From: Microthyrium microscopicum
Lineage: Eukaryota
Direction of reading: 5' to 3'
NCBI GenBank assembly: GCA_010405405.1
Contig: MU004238.1
Location: 507,530-571,529, forward strand
DNA length: 64,000 nucleotides
Part shown: positions 12,493 through 24,170 of the stretch, piece by piece
Numbering within the stretch: position 1 is the first letter of the stretch
Layout: every line of letters begins with the position of its first letter
The notes under the pieces: model-generated
What the model saw: the letters and a program-made list of their open reading frames with translations, nothing else
Database searches by the model: none
Told to the model about the DNA's origin: nothing
Program-made: the position numbers and the translations under genes

Positions 12493-14259
12493 TCAATTCA
12501 ACTCTTTCTTATAAAGCCTCCACCTGGAGCTTGTGTCTTCTAACTCCACAGCCAACGGCTCGCTCTCCATCTCTGCCACTTCTGCACCCGGCAACTCCAC
12601 CGCCATCTTTTCATCGCCTCCCTGCGCTTCGAAGATCTCGTTGCCCTTCGCTTCATGGATCTTATCACCGTCTCCTTCTGCTTCGAATATCTCAGTATTG
12701 GGCGCCTCGCTAGCACCGCTGTGGAGTTTGGCCAGTTTCTCTGCAGGAGATAGGGGCGAATCGCCCTTGAGTTCCGGCTTTTCATGGATATCGGGCTTGC
12801 TAGCTTCCTCCTTGCGTTTGGCTAGCGCTTGACGACGACGACGTCTTCGTAGGATCAAGAATGCGCAAAGCGCGAGGAGACCAGCGGCCACGATAACACC
12901 CACGGCAATACCAGCCTTTGCGCCAGCGCTCAATCCATGAGATGCAGACGTTGAAGTAGGTGCACGTATAGCACCAGGAACGCCAGCAATACCGCTATTT
13001 ATCTGCGCTATTTTGGAGCTCGTAACATTGGACAGGGACGGTGCGATTGAGAGTTCGGCGTTGGCTAGGTCAAGAACCATGTATATGCTCTTCAACACCG
13101 ATAAACCGAGGGTATATGGATACGCAAGATCTACAGCGTCGGCGTTTTGTATGCCGAAGATACACTCTGAGCTATTTGTAGGGTTGACGGCGACTAGTTC
13201 GGACATTTGGACTGTCCACTGCGGCCAGCTTGTGGTCAACTGGAGAAGCGTGTTGTTTGTAGACTGTGAGCAGAAGATTCTAGTGACACCATCAGAGGGG
13301 GTGTAGAGACCGGAGACTAGTGGGAAGAGCACATTGGTGAGGTTGCTTGGTAGCCAGGTTTGCGTGAAGCCTAGATCGACTACTACAGACATGTTCCACC
13401 CGCCATTCATGACGGGAGTGTTGCCAAAGCGGAGATCTGTCAAGGGAATGGTGACTGATTGTCGAGAGGCAGTGATCGGTAAGATGGGAATGGTGCGCAG
13501 TTCGCCAGTGTACTTGTCAGAGTCGACGCCGCCGAGTAGAAGGACAGAGCCGGTTAAGCTTCCACGGTTTAACCAGATGCTGTACGCGTTTGCATTGATG
13601 ATGCCTGAATTGGCGAGTGCTTGGGGAAAGTTGACGTATGGCTGCTCATGAAGCTGGACAACTTGCATCTCCTCGATCGAGAACCCAAGCCCAAGGAGTG
13701 AAAAGGGGTACGTCGAGTTATATGATACGCCGAATTGAAGACCGCGAATAGTGTCGTTTCCAATCCACGCTGTGTCCGTGGCGTAGTCTCCAATGGCCCA
13801 CTGTGAGAACGCGGTAAGGTTGAAGTCGCTGCTGAGTCTAGAATATGTTGTTGAGGCATTCGGCGAGAATGTGCCATAGCCAGCGCAGCCTCCGTTCTGG
13901 GCGAGGCACGACGGTGAATTGCTTGGGTTCAAAACAGTATCTCCTTGGTTCATCATTACCGCGAAGGATATGTTCTGTGGTGGAGTTCCGAAAGAAAGAT
14001 CCGTAACATATTGTTGATATCTTTTGTCCCAGACAAGATCCAGTTGAACAGTCCCAGAGCCTGTGATAAGATCACGGCTATTATATCTTTTCTGTTGTCG
14101 GCTTTTGAAAAGCTGTCGTTGGGTTTTACGGCCAGGCTGAATTGCCGAGAAACCTCGAGGAGATTGAACGTCGAGATTGGCGACTCCAAGTGCTCTCCTC
14201 TGCTCTGCTGCTACTACAATATCGCAACTGAGCAATAGTGATAGTAGTGACCAGAACAT
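12493..14259 (-). CDS. Pepsin-family (A1, yapsin-like) homologue, type I membrane protein, catalytic motif degenerate
   Basis: Signal peptide; GTPPQ, GDYATD, GGVDSDKYTG and YMVLDLANAELSIA pepsin-fold motifs; TM helix GAKAGIAVGVIVAAGLLALCAFLIL followed by R6 and an acidic tail. Confidence 0.9.
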   Translation of the reverse strand: MFWSLLSLLLSCDIVVAAEQRRALGVANLDVQSPRGFSAIQPGRKTQRQLFKSRQQKRYNSRDLITGSGTVQLDLVWDKRYQQYVTDLSFGTPPQNISFAVMMNQGDTVLNPSNSPSCLAQNGGCAGYGTFSPNASTTYSRLSSDFNLTAFSQWAIGDYATDTAWIGNDTIRGLQFGVSYNSTYPFSLLGLGFSIEEMQVVQLHEQPYVNFPQALANSGIINANAYSIWLNRGSLTGSVLLLGGVDSDKYTGELRTIPILPITASRQSVTIPLTDLRFGNTPVMNGGWNMSVVVDLGFTQTWLPSNLTNVLFPLVSGLYTPSDGVTRIFCSQSTNNTLLQLTTSWPQWTVQMSELVAVNPTNSSECIFGIQNADAVDLAYPYTLGLSVLKSIYMVLDLANAELSIAPSLSNVTSSKIAQINSGIAGVPGAIRAPTSTSASHGLSAGAKAGIAVGVIVAAGLLALCAFLILRRRRRRQALAKRKEEASKPDIHEKPELKGDSPLSPAEKLAKLHSGASEAPNTEIFEAEGDGDKIHEAKGNEIFEAQGGDEKMAVELPGAEVAEMESEPLAVELEDTSSRWRLYKKELN

Positions 14260-15148
14260 GGTGGGTGCACCTCGTTGGTCAAGGAGGGTGAGTATTCATT
14301 CCACAGAAAAGATTGACAGCGAAGTCTTCCATCTTCGGATGTTTTGCGACGGCTGAGCACTAACCATCATTTTGGTCTAGAGGCGAATGTCGTGCAATGC
14401 ACATGGTTAGTCAGCTTGTTGCGTTGTTGGCTGCAGCCATATCAAGCCTTATGCAGTACTAGTAGATAGAGGGGAGGATGGCTGAAATGGGCTTGATTTC
14501 TTCACAAAGAATGAAAACTGTACAAAAGTAGGCAATTCCATGCTCTAGAGTCAAAAGCCTAGCATACCTGATAGCCCGAATCAGAGCCACCAAGAGTACT
14601 GCTTCAGATGAGTGGGATGTTTGAGGGCCAATTTAAATCATTCCGATGACATATCTGAAGAAGCGTGATCTTGACCTCCTTCAAGCTATTCCCGTTTGTT
14701 CGATATTCCGGACAAACTCAAGGCGTTGTGTACCGATTGTGACCCGATATAAAACGCTGATACGACGCCTGAGAGTCCAAAAGCATGCCTTGCTCTTCCT
14801 TGTTGGCCCCATCTTCACATCCAGCCTGCGCCACGTTCATTGATACCCGGTGAAAGGATCGCTCCAGGATTGATATGGATAGTCTAGCTTCTCCAGCTGT
14901 TCAAGGTATTCCTCTTGCATATACCCATGTCTTGACCGTTGCAAGGTGGTTGATAGCGGGGCTGTCATCCGTGGCTGTGCAAACCCCTTTCCTATTTCGG
15001 CTATATCCACGACCATCGCTAAATCCTAATCCCAGGCAACCGCTCACATTTAAGCTGACCTGCTTCCTGCTTCAATTGGAACTCGCTGACATCCTCTACT
15101 TCCCTATACTGAACACCAACCCCCTTTGTCCGAAATCCTACCACAAAC

Positions 15149-16138
15149 ATGACGCAGAATCAACCATACAACCAAGGCGGCCAAGGTCAAGGCCAGTACA
15201 ACCAGAGCCAACAACCACCATACAACCAACAACAATACCAAAATCAACCCCCCTACGGCCAACAACCATACCAACAAGGCCAACAACCATACGGCCAGTC
15301 CCAATACAACAACCAATCCCCACAACCCCACTACAACCACCCCAACCAACAATACAACCAATATACGCCCCCACCAGGCCAATACACACCCCAACCAAAC
15401 CAACAATCCCAATACACCAACCAATCCCCCTACCCACCACCCCAACCATCCCCCTACGAACAAGGCCAAGCAGCAAGCTACTACAACCCCTCCTCCAACC
15501 GCCCAAACCCACCCGCCCTCTCCCCCTCAGCCCTCGCCAACAAACCCACCAACCCCACCGATGAAGAACGCGGCCTAATGGGCGCCCTCGCCGGCGGCGC
15601 AGCAGGCGGATACGCAGGCCATAAAATGCACCACGGAATCATCGGGACCGTCGGTGGCGCCTACGCAGGCCATAAACTCGAAGACGCATACAAGAACCAC
15701 AATAAACCTACACCGCCATCACCAAATAATCCGGCTACGCCACAGCAGCCGTATGGTGGAGCACCGCCTGCTTATGACGGGCATAATCAGCATCATGGGA
15801 TGCCTGCGAATATGCAGGGGAACTTTAGTGGGAGTGCAGAGGGTGTGAATTTGGATCGGGATTTCGATTTGATTGCGAATTGTAGAGCTGTGGATGGGAG
15901 TATGCGTATGAGTGCGATATCACTTAATAAGGTGGTTGGGAATGATAATGGGCGGTTCAATTGGGTACGGGAGGGCGGGAACTTTGGTGCTAGTGCGAGA
16001 AATGTGAGATTGGTGGAAAATGGGAGGATTTTGGAGGGGGAGTTGAGGGATGTGGAGGGACGGTGGGTTTGGTCAAGGCTGTGGTTGGATGAGAGGATTG
16101 GGAATAATGATGGGGAGTTGTGTGTTGTTGGGCTTTAA
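15149..16138 (+). CDS. CVNH (cyanovirin-N homologue) domain protein with Q/P/Y/N-rich N-terminus and glycine zipper
   Basis: C-terminal duplicated NFSGSA..LNKVVGNDNGRF / NFGASA..LDERIGNNDGEL repeats; central GALAGGAAGGYAGHK..GTVGGAYAGHKLED. Confidence 0.9.
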   Translation: MTQNQPYNQGGQGQGQYNQSQQPPYNQQQYQNQPPYGQQPYQQGQQPYGQSQYNNQSPQPHYNHPNQQYNQYTPPPGQYTPQPNQQSQYTNQSPYPPPQPSPYEQGQAASYYNPSSNRPNPPALSPSALANKPTNPTDEERGLMGALAGGAAGGYAGHKMHHGIIGTVGGAYAGHKLEDAYKNHNKPTPPSPNNPATPQQPYGGAPPAYDGHNQHHGMPANMQGNFSGSAEGVNLDRDFDLIANCRAVDGSMRMSAISLNKVVGNDNGRFNWVREGGNFGASARNVRLVENGRILEGELRDVEGRWVWSRLWLDERIGNNDGELCVVGL

Positions 16139-16333
16139 GGGCATCTAGGATTGTGGGAGATGGTTGGGGGAATGTATGTATGAAATGTATGAAATGATTT
16201 CAATTTGATTTATCTGATTGTTTATGAGACTGTAAGGACTGTGAGTGGTCGTCTGTTGCGAGAGACCAATGTGCATGTGCTGCAATCTGTGATGTTAGTA
16301 TCAAGAAGGGCACCGTTCAGTTATCAGGGACAT

Positions 16334-18019
16334 CTAGAACAATTTGTGCTCAAGAGTCATGTCAGACTCTGGCTCCAGACCGACACAAGCACGGAAGACG
16401 TTGGTCAACGCAGCACGCTGTTTAGCAAGCGAGTTGACAACAGGAGTTCCTGGTGGAGTAAGGGGAGCCTTGAGCATGTAGCTGAGAACGCTGAGAACGC
16501 TGTGGAAGTTGTTGTACTCCTTGACCTCCGCCTGGTTCTCCGTGGCCTCGGCATGCTCACGCCATTGGACACGAGTCATCATTTCAGTGACAAGAACCAA
16601 GTCGATGATGAGTGGGGAAGCCAAAAGGGAGTCCTCGCAGACATTGAAGATGCTGATGGTTTGGTGGCCACCCATGAAGATCTCTGCATAGTACTCGTCC
16701 AAGGCACGCTTGTTGTCTCCAACAGCGGGCATGTACTTGATGACGACGCAGTGGTCTGGGTGCTCACCCTCCTTGTAAAGCTGGGTGTTGGCAGCAACCA
16801 TATCATCGACGACGTTGGACTTTGAGATTTCCTTGGAGCGGAATTGGCGTTGAGAGCTCAAGTTCTTGCCGTCATTGTTGCCGAGATGGTTGTAGCTGGC
16901 GATGGAGGTGAGCTTGATACCGGCGTTGATGAGAAAGTCGACGAGGGCGGACTTCATCTTGGTTTGGCCAGACTTGAAGTCATCACCGCCGATGTAGGCT
17001 TTGTGCTGATCGGCTAGCTCAATTGCACCGGGAACGAAGGTGTTCTGGGGAGATCCGTTGATGAAGGGGGCACCTTCCAAGATGGATGCAACAGCAAAGA
17101 CGGTTGAAGGAGAGACCTCTTCGTGGCCGTTCTTGATAGCCTGGAGCAGGTTGGCTGCAGTGTCGTTGACGCCTTCAATGATGTCGGCGAACCGCTCGGT
17201 ATTGGCAGTCCAGAGCACAATGACTTTGTCAAGACCGTTCACTGACTTGAAGTTGCTGGATATTGTTAGCTCTGTGATTCGGTATAGCAAGATCCATTGC
17301 ACTTACCGGATGTCAGTACGGATCTGTTCGACGTGGGCATCGCAAGCCTTGTCACCAGCGAGCAAATTGTCGGCACGATCAGTCTGGTTGGCTGCAATGA
17401 AATCTGGGTAGTAGATTGATGGCAACGGTTTCATGTTAGCCATCTCCTTACGAACCTGGTTCTTCAATGTTGGCTCAAGAACCTGGGCACGATCCATGGA
17501 TTCAGCCATGTTCAAACCACTGATGTCCCAACCACCAAGGACAAAATCATTGGGATGGGCCATAGGAAGCAACTGATGGAAAGGGATGTTAATCTCATTT
17601 CCAGTCTTGGAGTCGATTCCCAACTTGACAGTAGAAGCCATCATCAAGGAACCATAGTAGTTGGATTCATGTTCACCCTCACGAGTATCCCACTTCAAAC
17701 CACGACGGTTTGCCAAAATACCAGCAGTCACAGTGCTGCCATTGTTACCACCCCATCCAACCAGCATGACGCCCACCTTTGGAACCTTGCGTTCAACCTT
17801 GAAGTCATACAAGGTTTGGCGAGGTGTGGCGACCAGCTTGCCATCGTCACTCTTTGTGATATCCGTGGTACGATAAGTGTACTTGCTCAGGATCTCATTG
17901 TCCGTGTAGGCCACATTGGGAGAATTGACAGTGAATAACTCAGCCTGGGCAGGGGCAGGTGCAAAGAATGCAGTGGTGCCGTTGCTTGCAGGCTGAGGAG
18001 ATTCCGCGTGTGGAGCCAT
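16334..18019 (-). CDS. INO1: myo-Inositol-1-phosphate synthase
   Basis: Exons 18019-17307 and 17255-16334. Signatures [29 protein letters not shown] and [10 protein letters not shown]. Confidence 0.98.
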
Positions 18020-19299
18020 TGGATTGATTGATATAGAAGATTGATTTGTTTTTTGGTTCACTGAGCAATTATCTCACGAAGAGTGCTAAAGCCGGTCCGC
18101 CGGAAGGTGAGCAGCGTTGGCCGGCGAAGGGGTGGTGCGTACTATTCTTTATTAGACTTGTTGCCTATCAATGGTGTTGTGATAACTTACGAGTTCAGAA
18201 GATTGGCGAAAATCTTGATATCAAGGCTATGGCCCGATGGTCAGATAATCTGGAGTTGAGTTGAAGTTGTTTGGGGACGTGTTGAGGGTGAAGGAGAAGA
18301 GACAGTGGAATTGGGCTGGTGGAGGGTCTTTATAGTCCGGCAATTGACGAGAAGACGTCTTGGGCAATCAAGCGCTAGCAAGGGAAGGATCTTATGGTTT
18401 TCTAGACCACGACGATGCCAGTTGCCAGTTGCCAGCGGAACCGGTTGCCCTTCCTTAATCAGGAATCGTTCGTGGTTGACGATATCAAAGTACCCCGCAC
18501 AATCCCGCAGACGCGAAGATGCAATTTGGTTGTATCTTTTGGCGGTGAGCAGCTCGAAATAATCTTTGTCAATCTTCGCTTCTCATTGCAACGATTATGG
18601 AGTTCTCTAGCGCTTTCAATCTGCTGGTGTCGTTATCAACTAACTCCTTCCCCTGTACCTTAGTCCATGTCTGATCAAATCGGAGTCAATCGGTCCCTCT
18701 TCGCCTGCAGCAAATTATACTTTAAACCAATTACCTTCGTCCACATGGGATCAAGTTCCAAGACCCTGTGGACCTTTTCGAAGCATTGCGCCAATCTAGC
18801 GTTGATTCTGGGACGGGACGGCAATCCTCGGCAGAAGAACCTGTGAGCCACGATACCAAGGGTTCTAGAGTAAATGGGCTCTACTACTGTAGATGATCTG
18901 TCGGAGCTGTTCCGCAGTAGCTAAACGCTGATCTTCATAAAGTACCTACTTTACTGCTGCTACTCTGTCTGCTAGACGTCAGAAAGCATTTGATAGCGAA
19001 TTCATCGTATCCTTTTTCTTCACTAATTCAAGCTCATTGTCACGAGTATTGCTATCGAGACTGGATAGTTGTAATCTTATCTTGATAATGTAAGATATCC
19101 CAAATCCGGTGTCACAACGCGTGGCGTAAGGCTGGCACATCTCATGAATTCGTGAGCTGGGCAACATGAGGCCGCTATGGACCAACTCCATCCATCACTC
19201 TGCATATACCGCTTCGAATACTATCAGCTCTTTCAACATCTTCTCCTCGCACACTGTGAACATCTGACTGCTTGAACTCTGAACAAAATCTCCAATGCC

Positions 19300-20171
19300 T
19301 CCTCGCAATTCGGAGGATACACCTCTGCTCCCCGGAAACCATTCTAACAGTGACAGTGGCCTCCTGTTCACAGGTCACGACCTATGTATACGACTATTCA
19401 GCAAAATTCCAGAATATCTAATTCTAGCTCTGGATATTATCGGGTTCGCCCCATGTTATCCGACTACACTCATCTTGTATTGGCTTGAGGAAAAGATCTT
19501 TTATGAGAGACTTGATATTGGGGATTCCAGACACAAGTGAGATCAAAGAGGATTGGATACCAAGTCCTGGAGGCAGCCTGGGTGGAATTAGAGCGCGCGG
19601 AGCTATCGTAAACAAGGTTCGAGAGCTTGGTCCTACATATGCAGAATATCTCAAATATCCATATGCGAATGCTCAGTGGAGCGCAAGGCTATCGCGACTT
19701 TATCCTCTTGAGACAGACCAGAGACGGGCTCGAGGTCTCAACGCGAGACTTTCGGCGCTGCTGGGATCTGCAGCCGACTATAGACTTGCAGATGTAATTG
19801 ATCTGCCACGCAAGCAACCGGCGAGCCTACACGAAACAGGTGGCGAGTCGGCCGGGCCACGACTCTTCCTTGGTGGTGACGATATTATCATGGGTCTGCT
19901 ACCGCCAAATGCGCGGGTTGGCGACGTGTTGTGCCAGTTCTGGAATTCTTCAGCCATTGCCATTCTCCGTAGGCGAGAGAGCAGCGATGGCTAGAGCATT
20001 GTTGGAAGGGGTGCTATGTTACAGCACGGGGAGGCTATTGACTGGGACGTTCCCATTAATAAGACTATGTTTTCGCACATGTCTTTGGCTAGCGTTGAGC
20101 TTGATCTTAACCTCGTTATGCTGAACTCTCTGTCCTTTAATACTGTTAATCTGCTAGGATCAGAGGATTAG
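19300..20171 (+). pseudogene. Remnant 3' part of a HET-domain-type gene
   Basis: MGLLPPNARVGDVLCQFWNSSAIAILRR..*SIVGRG resembles the conserved C-terminal block of fungal HET-6-like proteins. In-frame TAG at 19992-19994 followed by 58 more sense codons; the 5' part is broken by stops. The HET domain itself is not visible. Confidence 0.55.
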
Positions 20172-20723
20172 TACGAGGTACCTTAGCTTATAAGTAATCG
20201 TAGGGTAGGAGAGTAGCGTAATGCCGTTCATTTTTTTTATTAATTGCTAGCAGCTCAACACCAAAAAATCTACACGAGCTCTTGCTATAGAGCTTTAGCA
20301 ACAGCATCTTCCTCTTAGGACTCATAAGAATTACTAGTGATTTGCTATGCAATAAGAATAGAGACGGACTAAACGTATTCAAAAATGGCCTCTGCCTATC
20401 GAGCCCAAAAAAATACCCCAATAAAAAAAAACACAACTCCACCAGACAAAAAGTTTAGGCCCATCTCCTGAAGAAGATAGGCAATGGGCCCTATGAAAAC
20501 CCCTTGGAAGGGATTTTGCTCCGGTCTATTCATGTTAGCAGTACCAAGCTTCAACTCTTGCGTCCTTCCGGTGCGTTACCCCAACCATTAAGGGAATACA
20601 GCCAGAAAGGCGAGATCAGGATCGCTTCACGCTTTGTAGACTAGTGTAGTTGCTCAATAGATTGCTGCTGGTGATCGGCCGGCTTTCTAAGGAGATAGTC
20701 ACTAGACTACAGTGTTCATACTG

Positions 20724-20794
20724 TACTCACTAGTGTGCTAAGACAGGTGTAGAGTACTGCTGTATTTTACTCACTAGTGCGCTTTGGCAGGTGT
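20724..20794 (+). repeat. Imperfect 27-bp direct repeat pair
   Basis: TACTCACTAGTGTGCTAAGACAGGTGT (20724-20750) versus TACTCACTAGTGCGCTTTGGCAGGTGT (20768-20794), 23/27 identical. Confidence 0.7.
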
Positions 20795-20859
20795 GAGAAA
20801 CAGCATATGAAATGTTGTCACTTGGCAATTTTGATTGCGGAGGAAATTGCGGTCTTGGT

Positions 20860-21138
20860 GCATATATACTGGAAGATGTGCCTGAAAAATCGTAACTTCT
20901 GGCCGCGGCGAGTTTATGCGCTGAAATAAAGTTCGTTGGAATCGGTAGGCTCCGGGCTATCCAATGAAGCTAGTTTTGTTTTGATGTTCCTACAATTGGC
21001 GTGGTGGTAGCCATTTGAGTTCTCTGTGGTTCCGCAATAATTCTGGGAAGCCGCTGAACTTTGGAGCTCCCAGGCTCGGGCAAGGCAGGGACTGAGGAAT
21101 TTCAGGCTCCGGGAGCGTTCTGAGGCCGGGAACCCTTG
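20860..21138. mobile_element. Probable terminal or MITE-like fragment of a DNA transposon
   Basis: Spaced palindrome TTCGTTGGA (20932-20940) / TCCAATGAA (20960-20968) and three AGGCTC(C)GGG copies (20947, 21072, 21104). No matching TIR or TSD found. Confidence 0.3.
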
Positions 21139-21180
21139 GAGCTAGTTGTAAGAGCCCTCCAAAATAAGCTTATGACGCCA

Positions 21181-21248
21181 CATCGTGAGCTCTTGGTCAA
21201 GCAATCCAAAGGTCACCAGTTCGACTCCCAGCGGAGTAATAGTCTTTT
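21181..21248 (+). pseudogene. tRNA-derived relic
   Basis: D-loop-like AGCTCTTGGTCAAGC, then AATCCAAAGGTCACCAGTTCGACTC (variable loop plus B-box), CGGAGTA and a TTTT run. The anticodon arm is missing and the T-stem does not pair. Confidence 0.35.
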
Positions 21249-22268
21249 CTCCTTTAGCAGTAAGTCGATATTGGTCAACACGCCAGCGGTAAGTCATAAC
21301 AGTATCCTAGGAACATCCAGATCACCAGATAATGAAAATAATCAAAGAAACTAGAGTCAAGAGCGTACCCCTGGCAGCAGGCAGGCACAACGAGAACCAG
21401 AAAGACATGTTCCAGGGAAGTATTTGAGTCCAAATTCATTGAGAGAGTTCATAGTAAAAGACACCAGTATGCCAGGTAAAATATCCTCGGCCACGTTCCT
21501 GTATGAAGACATTGAGTATTGAATTTTGTCACTAAGATCCGACACGGAGTGCTTGCTTTGGATCTACAAAATCGGGGTCCTCGGTGGTAACAGAAGCCCA
21601 GTCCAATAAAAGCGTATATTTCGGGCGATAGAAAGCCTGAAGGCATATTTCAGGCGACAAATAGCACAATGCTCCAGGTAGGCACAGCCAACATGCGTTT
21701 TTGAAATTCCTATCTCCAGAATCGCACACTTAACCTCTTGGGTAGTTTCATCAGCCCAGCTTTTACTCCATGCGTCCAGGGCCAGAATAGTGAAGAGGAA
21801 TTCAATTCGATACAAATCACGTTGATACTGATGGACAGGCTGACCTTCTGAAAAAGTGAGAAGATGGTGAAGGAGCACAGTGAAGTTGAAAATGGGAGAG
21901 GTGTAGTTAACTTGAGTCAGGCCCAGACTTGGTAGCCACCATCACCATTGGATAGGAGATCCCGGCAAGCCCAATCCTCTGTGCTCAATTGACTTACCAG
22001 AAAGGGAACAAAGCCACCTCAGCATCAAGCAATCCATTCCACATATCCCCATCTTATTTCTTGCTACACTCAATTTCTGTCTTCTTCTTCTCTAACCAAG
22101 CGACATCTTCTCGCTGCCTAACATATCCAGTCGTTTCTTATAATCTTGGGCCTTCATCTTCCAGATCCGACCTCTTATGTCGTTCGCGACACCCTCCTGA
22201 CCGCGACTTCATACAAGTACATATTCAAGCCCTGCATCTTTGTTTCGCCAAACTCTTTCTTGCCCACC

Positions 22269-23881
22269 ATGATACTCCCTCTCAAATCCCTCGCCTTGGG
22301 TGCGGCTCTTTTCTCGTCCTCTGTCGTCTTTGCGAGCGAACCAATTCCCAGCGACCTGCCAGTAGCACAACTCCTCTCGTCTGCCACCCGCCACCTGGCT
22401 GAAGGACGATCTCAAGACGCTCTCTCATTCTACGATGCCGCAATCGCTCGCGATCCTTCCAATTATCTCACCGTCTTCAAACGCGGGGCAGCATATCTCT
22501 CGCTGGGGCGCAGTGCCCAAGCACAGCGCGACTTTGACACCGTGTTGAAGCTCAAGCCAGGCTTCGAGGGTGCGCTCGTTCAACGAGCAAAACTACGAAC
22601 GCGGAATGGTGATTGGGCACTAGCCAAAGAAGATTGGACAGCAGCGGGCAAGCAAGGTGACTCGCAAGAAATTACCGAGCTCGCAGAAGGCGAGGCTGCA
22701 GTGGCATTAGCCGAAGACGCAGATAAACAAGGCCAGTGGGATGAATGTATCGCACAAGCTGGAATCGCTATCAGAGTAGCACCCGCTCTACTTAGACTAC
22801 GGAATCTGAGAAGCAAATGTCGATTCGAAAAGGGCGACGTGGCATCAGCCGTAAGCGATCTACAACATGTGCTGCAACTGAACTCCGGGGCCACAGAACC
22901 ACATTTACAAATATCTGCGCTCACATTCTTTGCTTTGGCAGAGCTGGATAAGGGTCTAGGACAGATTCGGAAGTGTCTGCAGTCTGATCCTGATAACAAG
23001 GCGTGTCGGGCACTATTTCGACGGGAGAAGGCTTTTGACAAGAAGATGAAGAAGTTAAATCAGCTATGGGAGAAGAAATCGTTTGCGACTGCCACGAGAA
23101 TGCTCATCAAGTCCACAGAAGAACAAGGTCTAATTCACGATGCCAAGGAAGACTTTGAAGAATTGAAGAAAGATGGTATAATACACGAAAAGGCGCCCAA
23201 TGGTCTATACGAGCAACTAGTCGAGCGAACATGCGAAGCCTATGTCGAGGTACGTAACCACCTCACCCCCTGATCAGACCAATGCTAACTCCCGTGCAGA
23301 CCAAAAAGTTCGCCAAAGGCAAACCCTTCTGTGAAGAAACCCTCCAAACAAACCCAACTTCCGAATACGGCCTCCTGTCCAAGGCCAAACTCCAAATCGA
23401 AGCCGAAGAATACGAAGCCGCGGTCCGCACACTGAAAGAGGCCGAAGAACACCACTCCGCCTCCAACGCCGTCCGCCAAATGTCTCAAGAAGCCCAAACC
23501 GCCCTCCGCATCTCTAAGCAAAAAGACTATTACAAAGTCCTCGGAGTATCCCGCGACGCCGACGAGCGCGATATCAAGCGCGCCTACCGGAAACTCACCA
23601 AAGAATTCCATCCAGATAAAGTACGATCTAAGGGTGTTAGTAAGGAGGAGGCGGAGAAGAAGATGGCGAGTATTAATGAGGCGTATGAGACGTTGAGTGA
23701 TCCGGAACTCAAGGCAAGAGTGGATCGAGGGGAGGATCCGAATGATCCAACGCAGCAGCAGGGTGGACATCCGTTCCAGGGAAGTCCCTTTGGGGGTCAG
23801 CAGTTTATGTTTAGGTCTGGTGGGAGTCCGTTTGGTGGTGATGGGGGACAGTTTCAATTTCAGTTTCCGGGTGGTTTCTGA
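22269..23881 (+). CDS. ER DnaJ/TPR co-chaperone (DNAJC3/P58IPK, Jem1-like)
   Basis: Exons 22269-23249 and 23300-23881. Signal peptide, TPR repeats, J-domain [23 protein letters not shown] and a G/F-rich tail. Confidence 0.95.
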
Positions 23882-24170
23882 GGTGCTTGATGGTTTGGTT
23901 TTAGCATTGCGAATGGCGTTAATTATGCATGTGTGTAGAATGTCAATATCCTTTCTTTTGGCTGACTCTGTGGCATGGAGTTGCTCTAATCCGATTTCAA
24001 GACACATGTATCAAAGATCATTCACAAAGCAGCCGACATGATCCGCTCAGCGTCTCTCGCAAAACACTACCATTGTACCACCAATTGGTCATCACAGAGG
24101 TCATCATCATTATAACATATCAACCGCCCGCTCGCTAAAATTACAGCACATCCATGATCCAACCGGTCAA

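Noticed and set aside
18020..18900. UAS-INO element upstream of INO1
   Set aside because: Only an isolated CATGTG core near 18742; no full CATGTGAAAT match.
18857..21138. CAAGGGTTC / GAACCCTTG as TIRs of an element carrying the HET relic
   Set aside because: Only 9 bp match and the flanks show no target-site duplication.
21300..21880. Adjacent short minus-strand ORFs suggesting a decayed gene
   Set aside because: No recognisable motif or splice structure; cannot be supported by eye.
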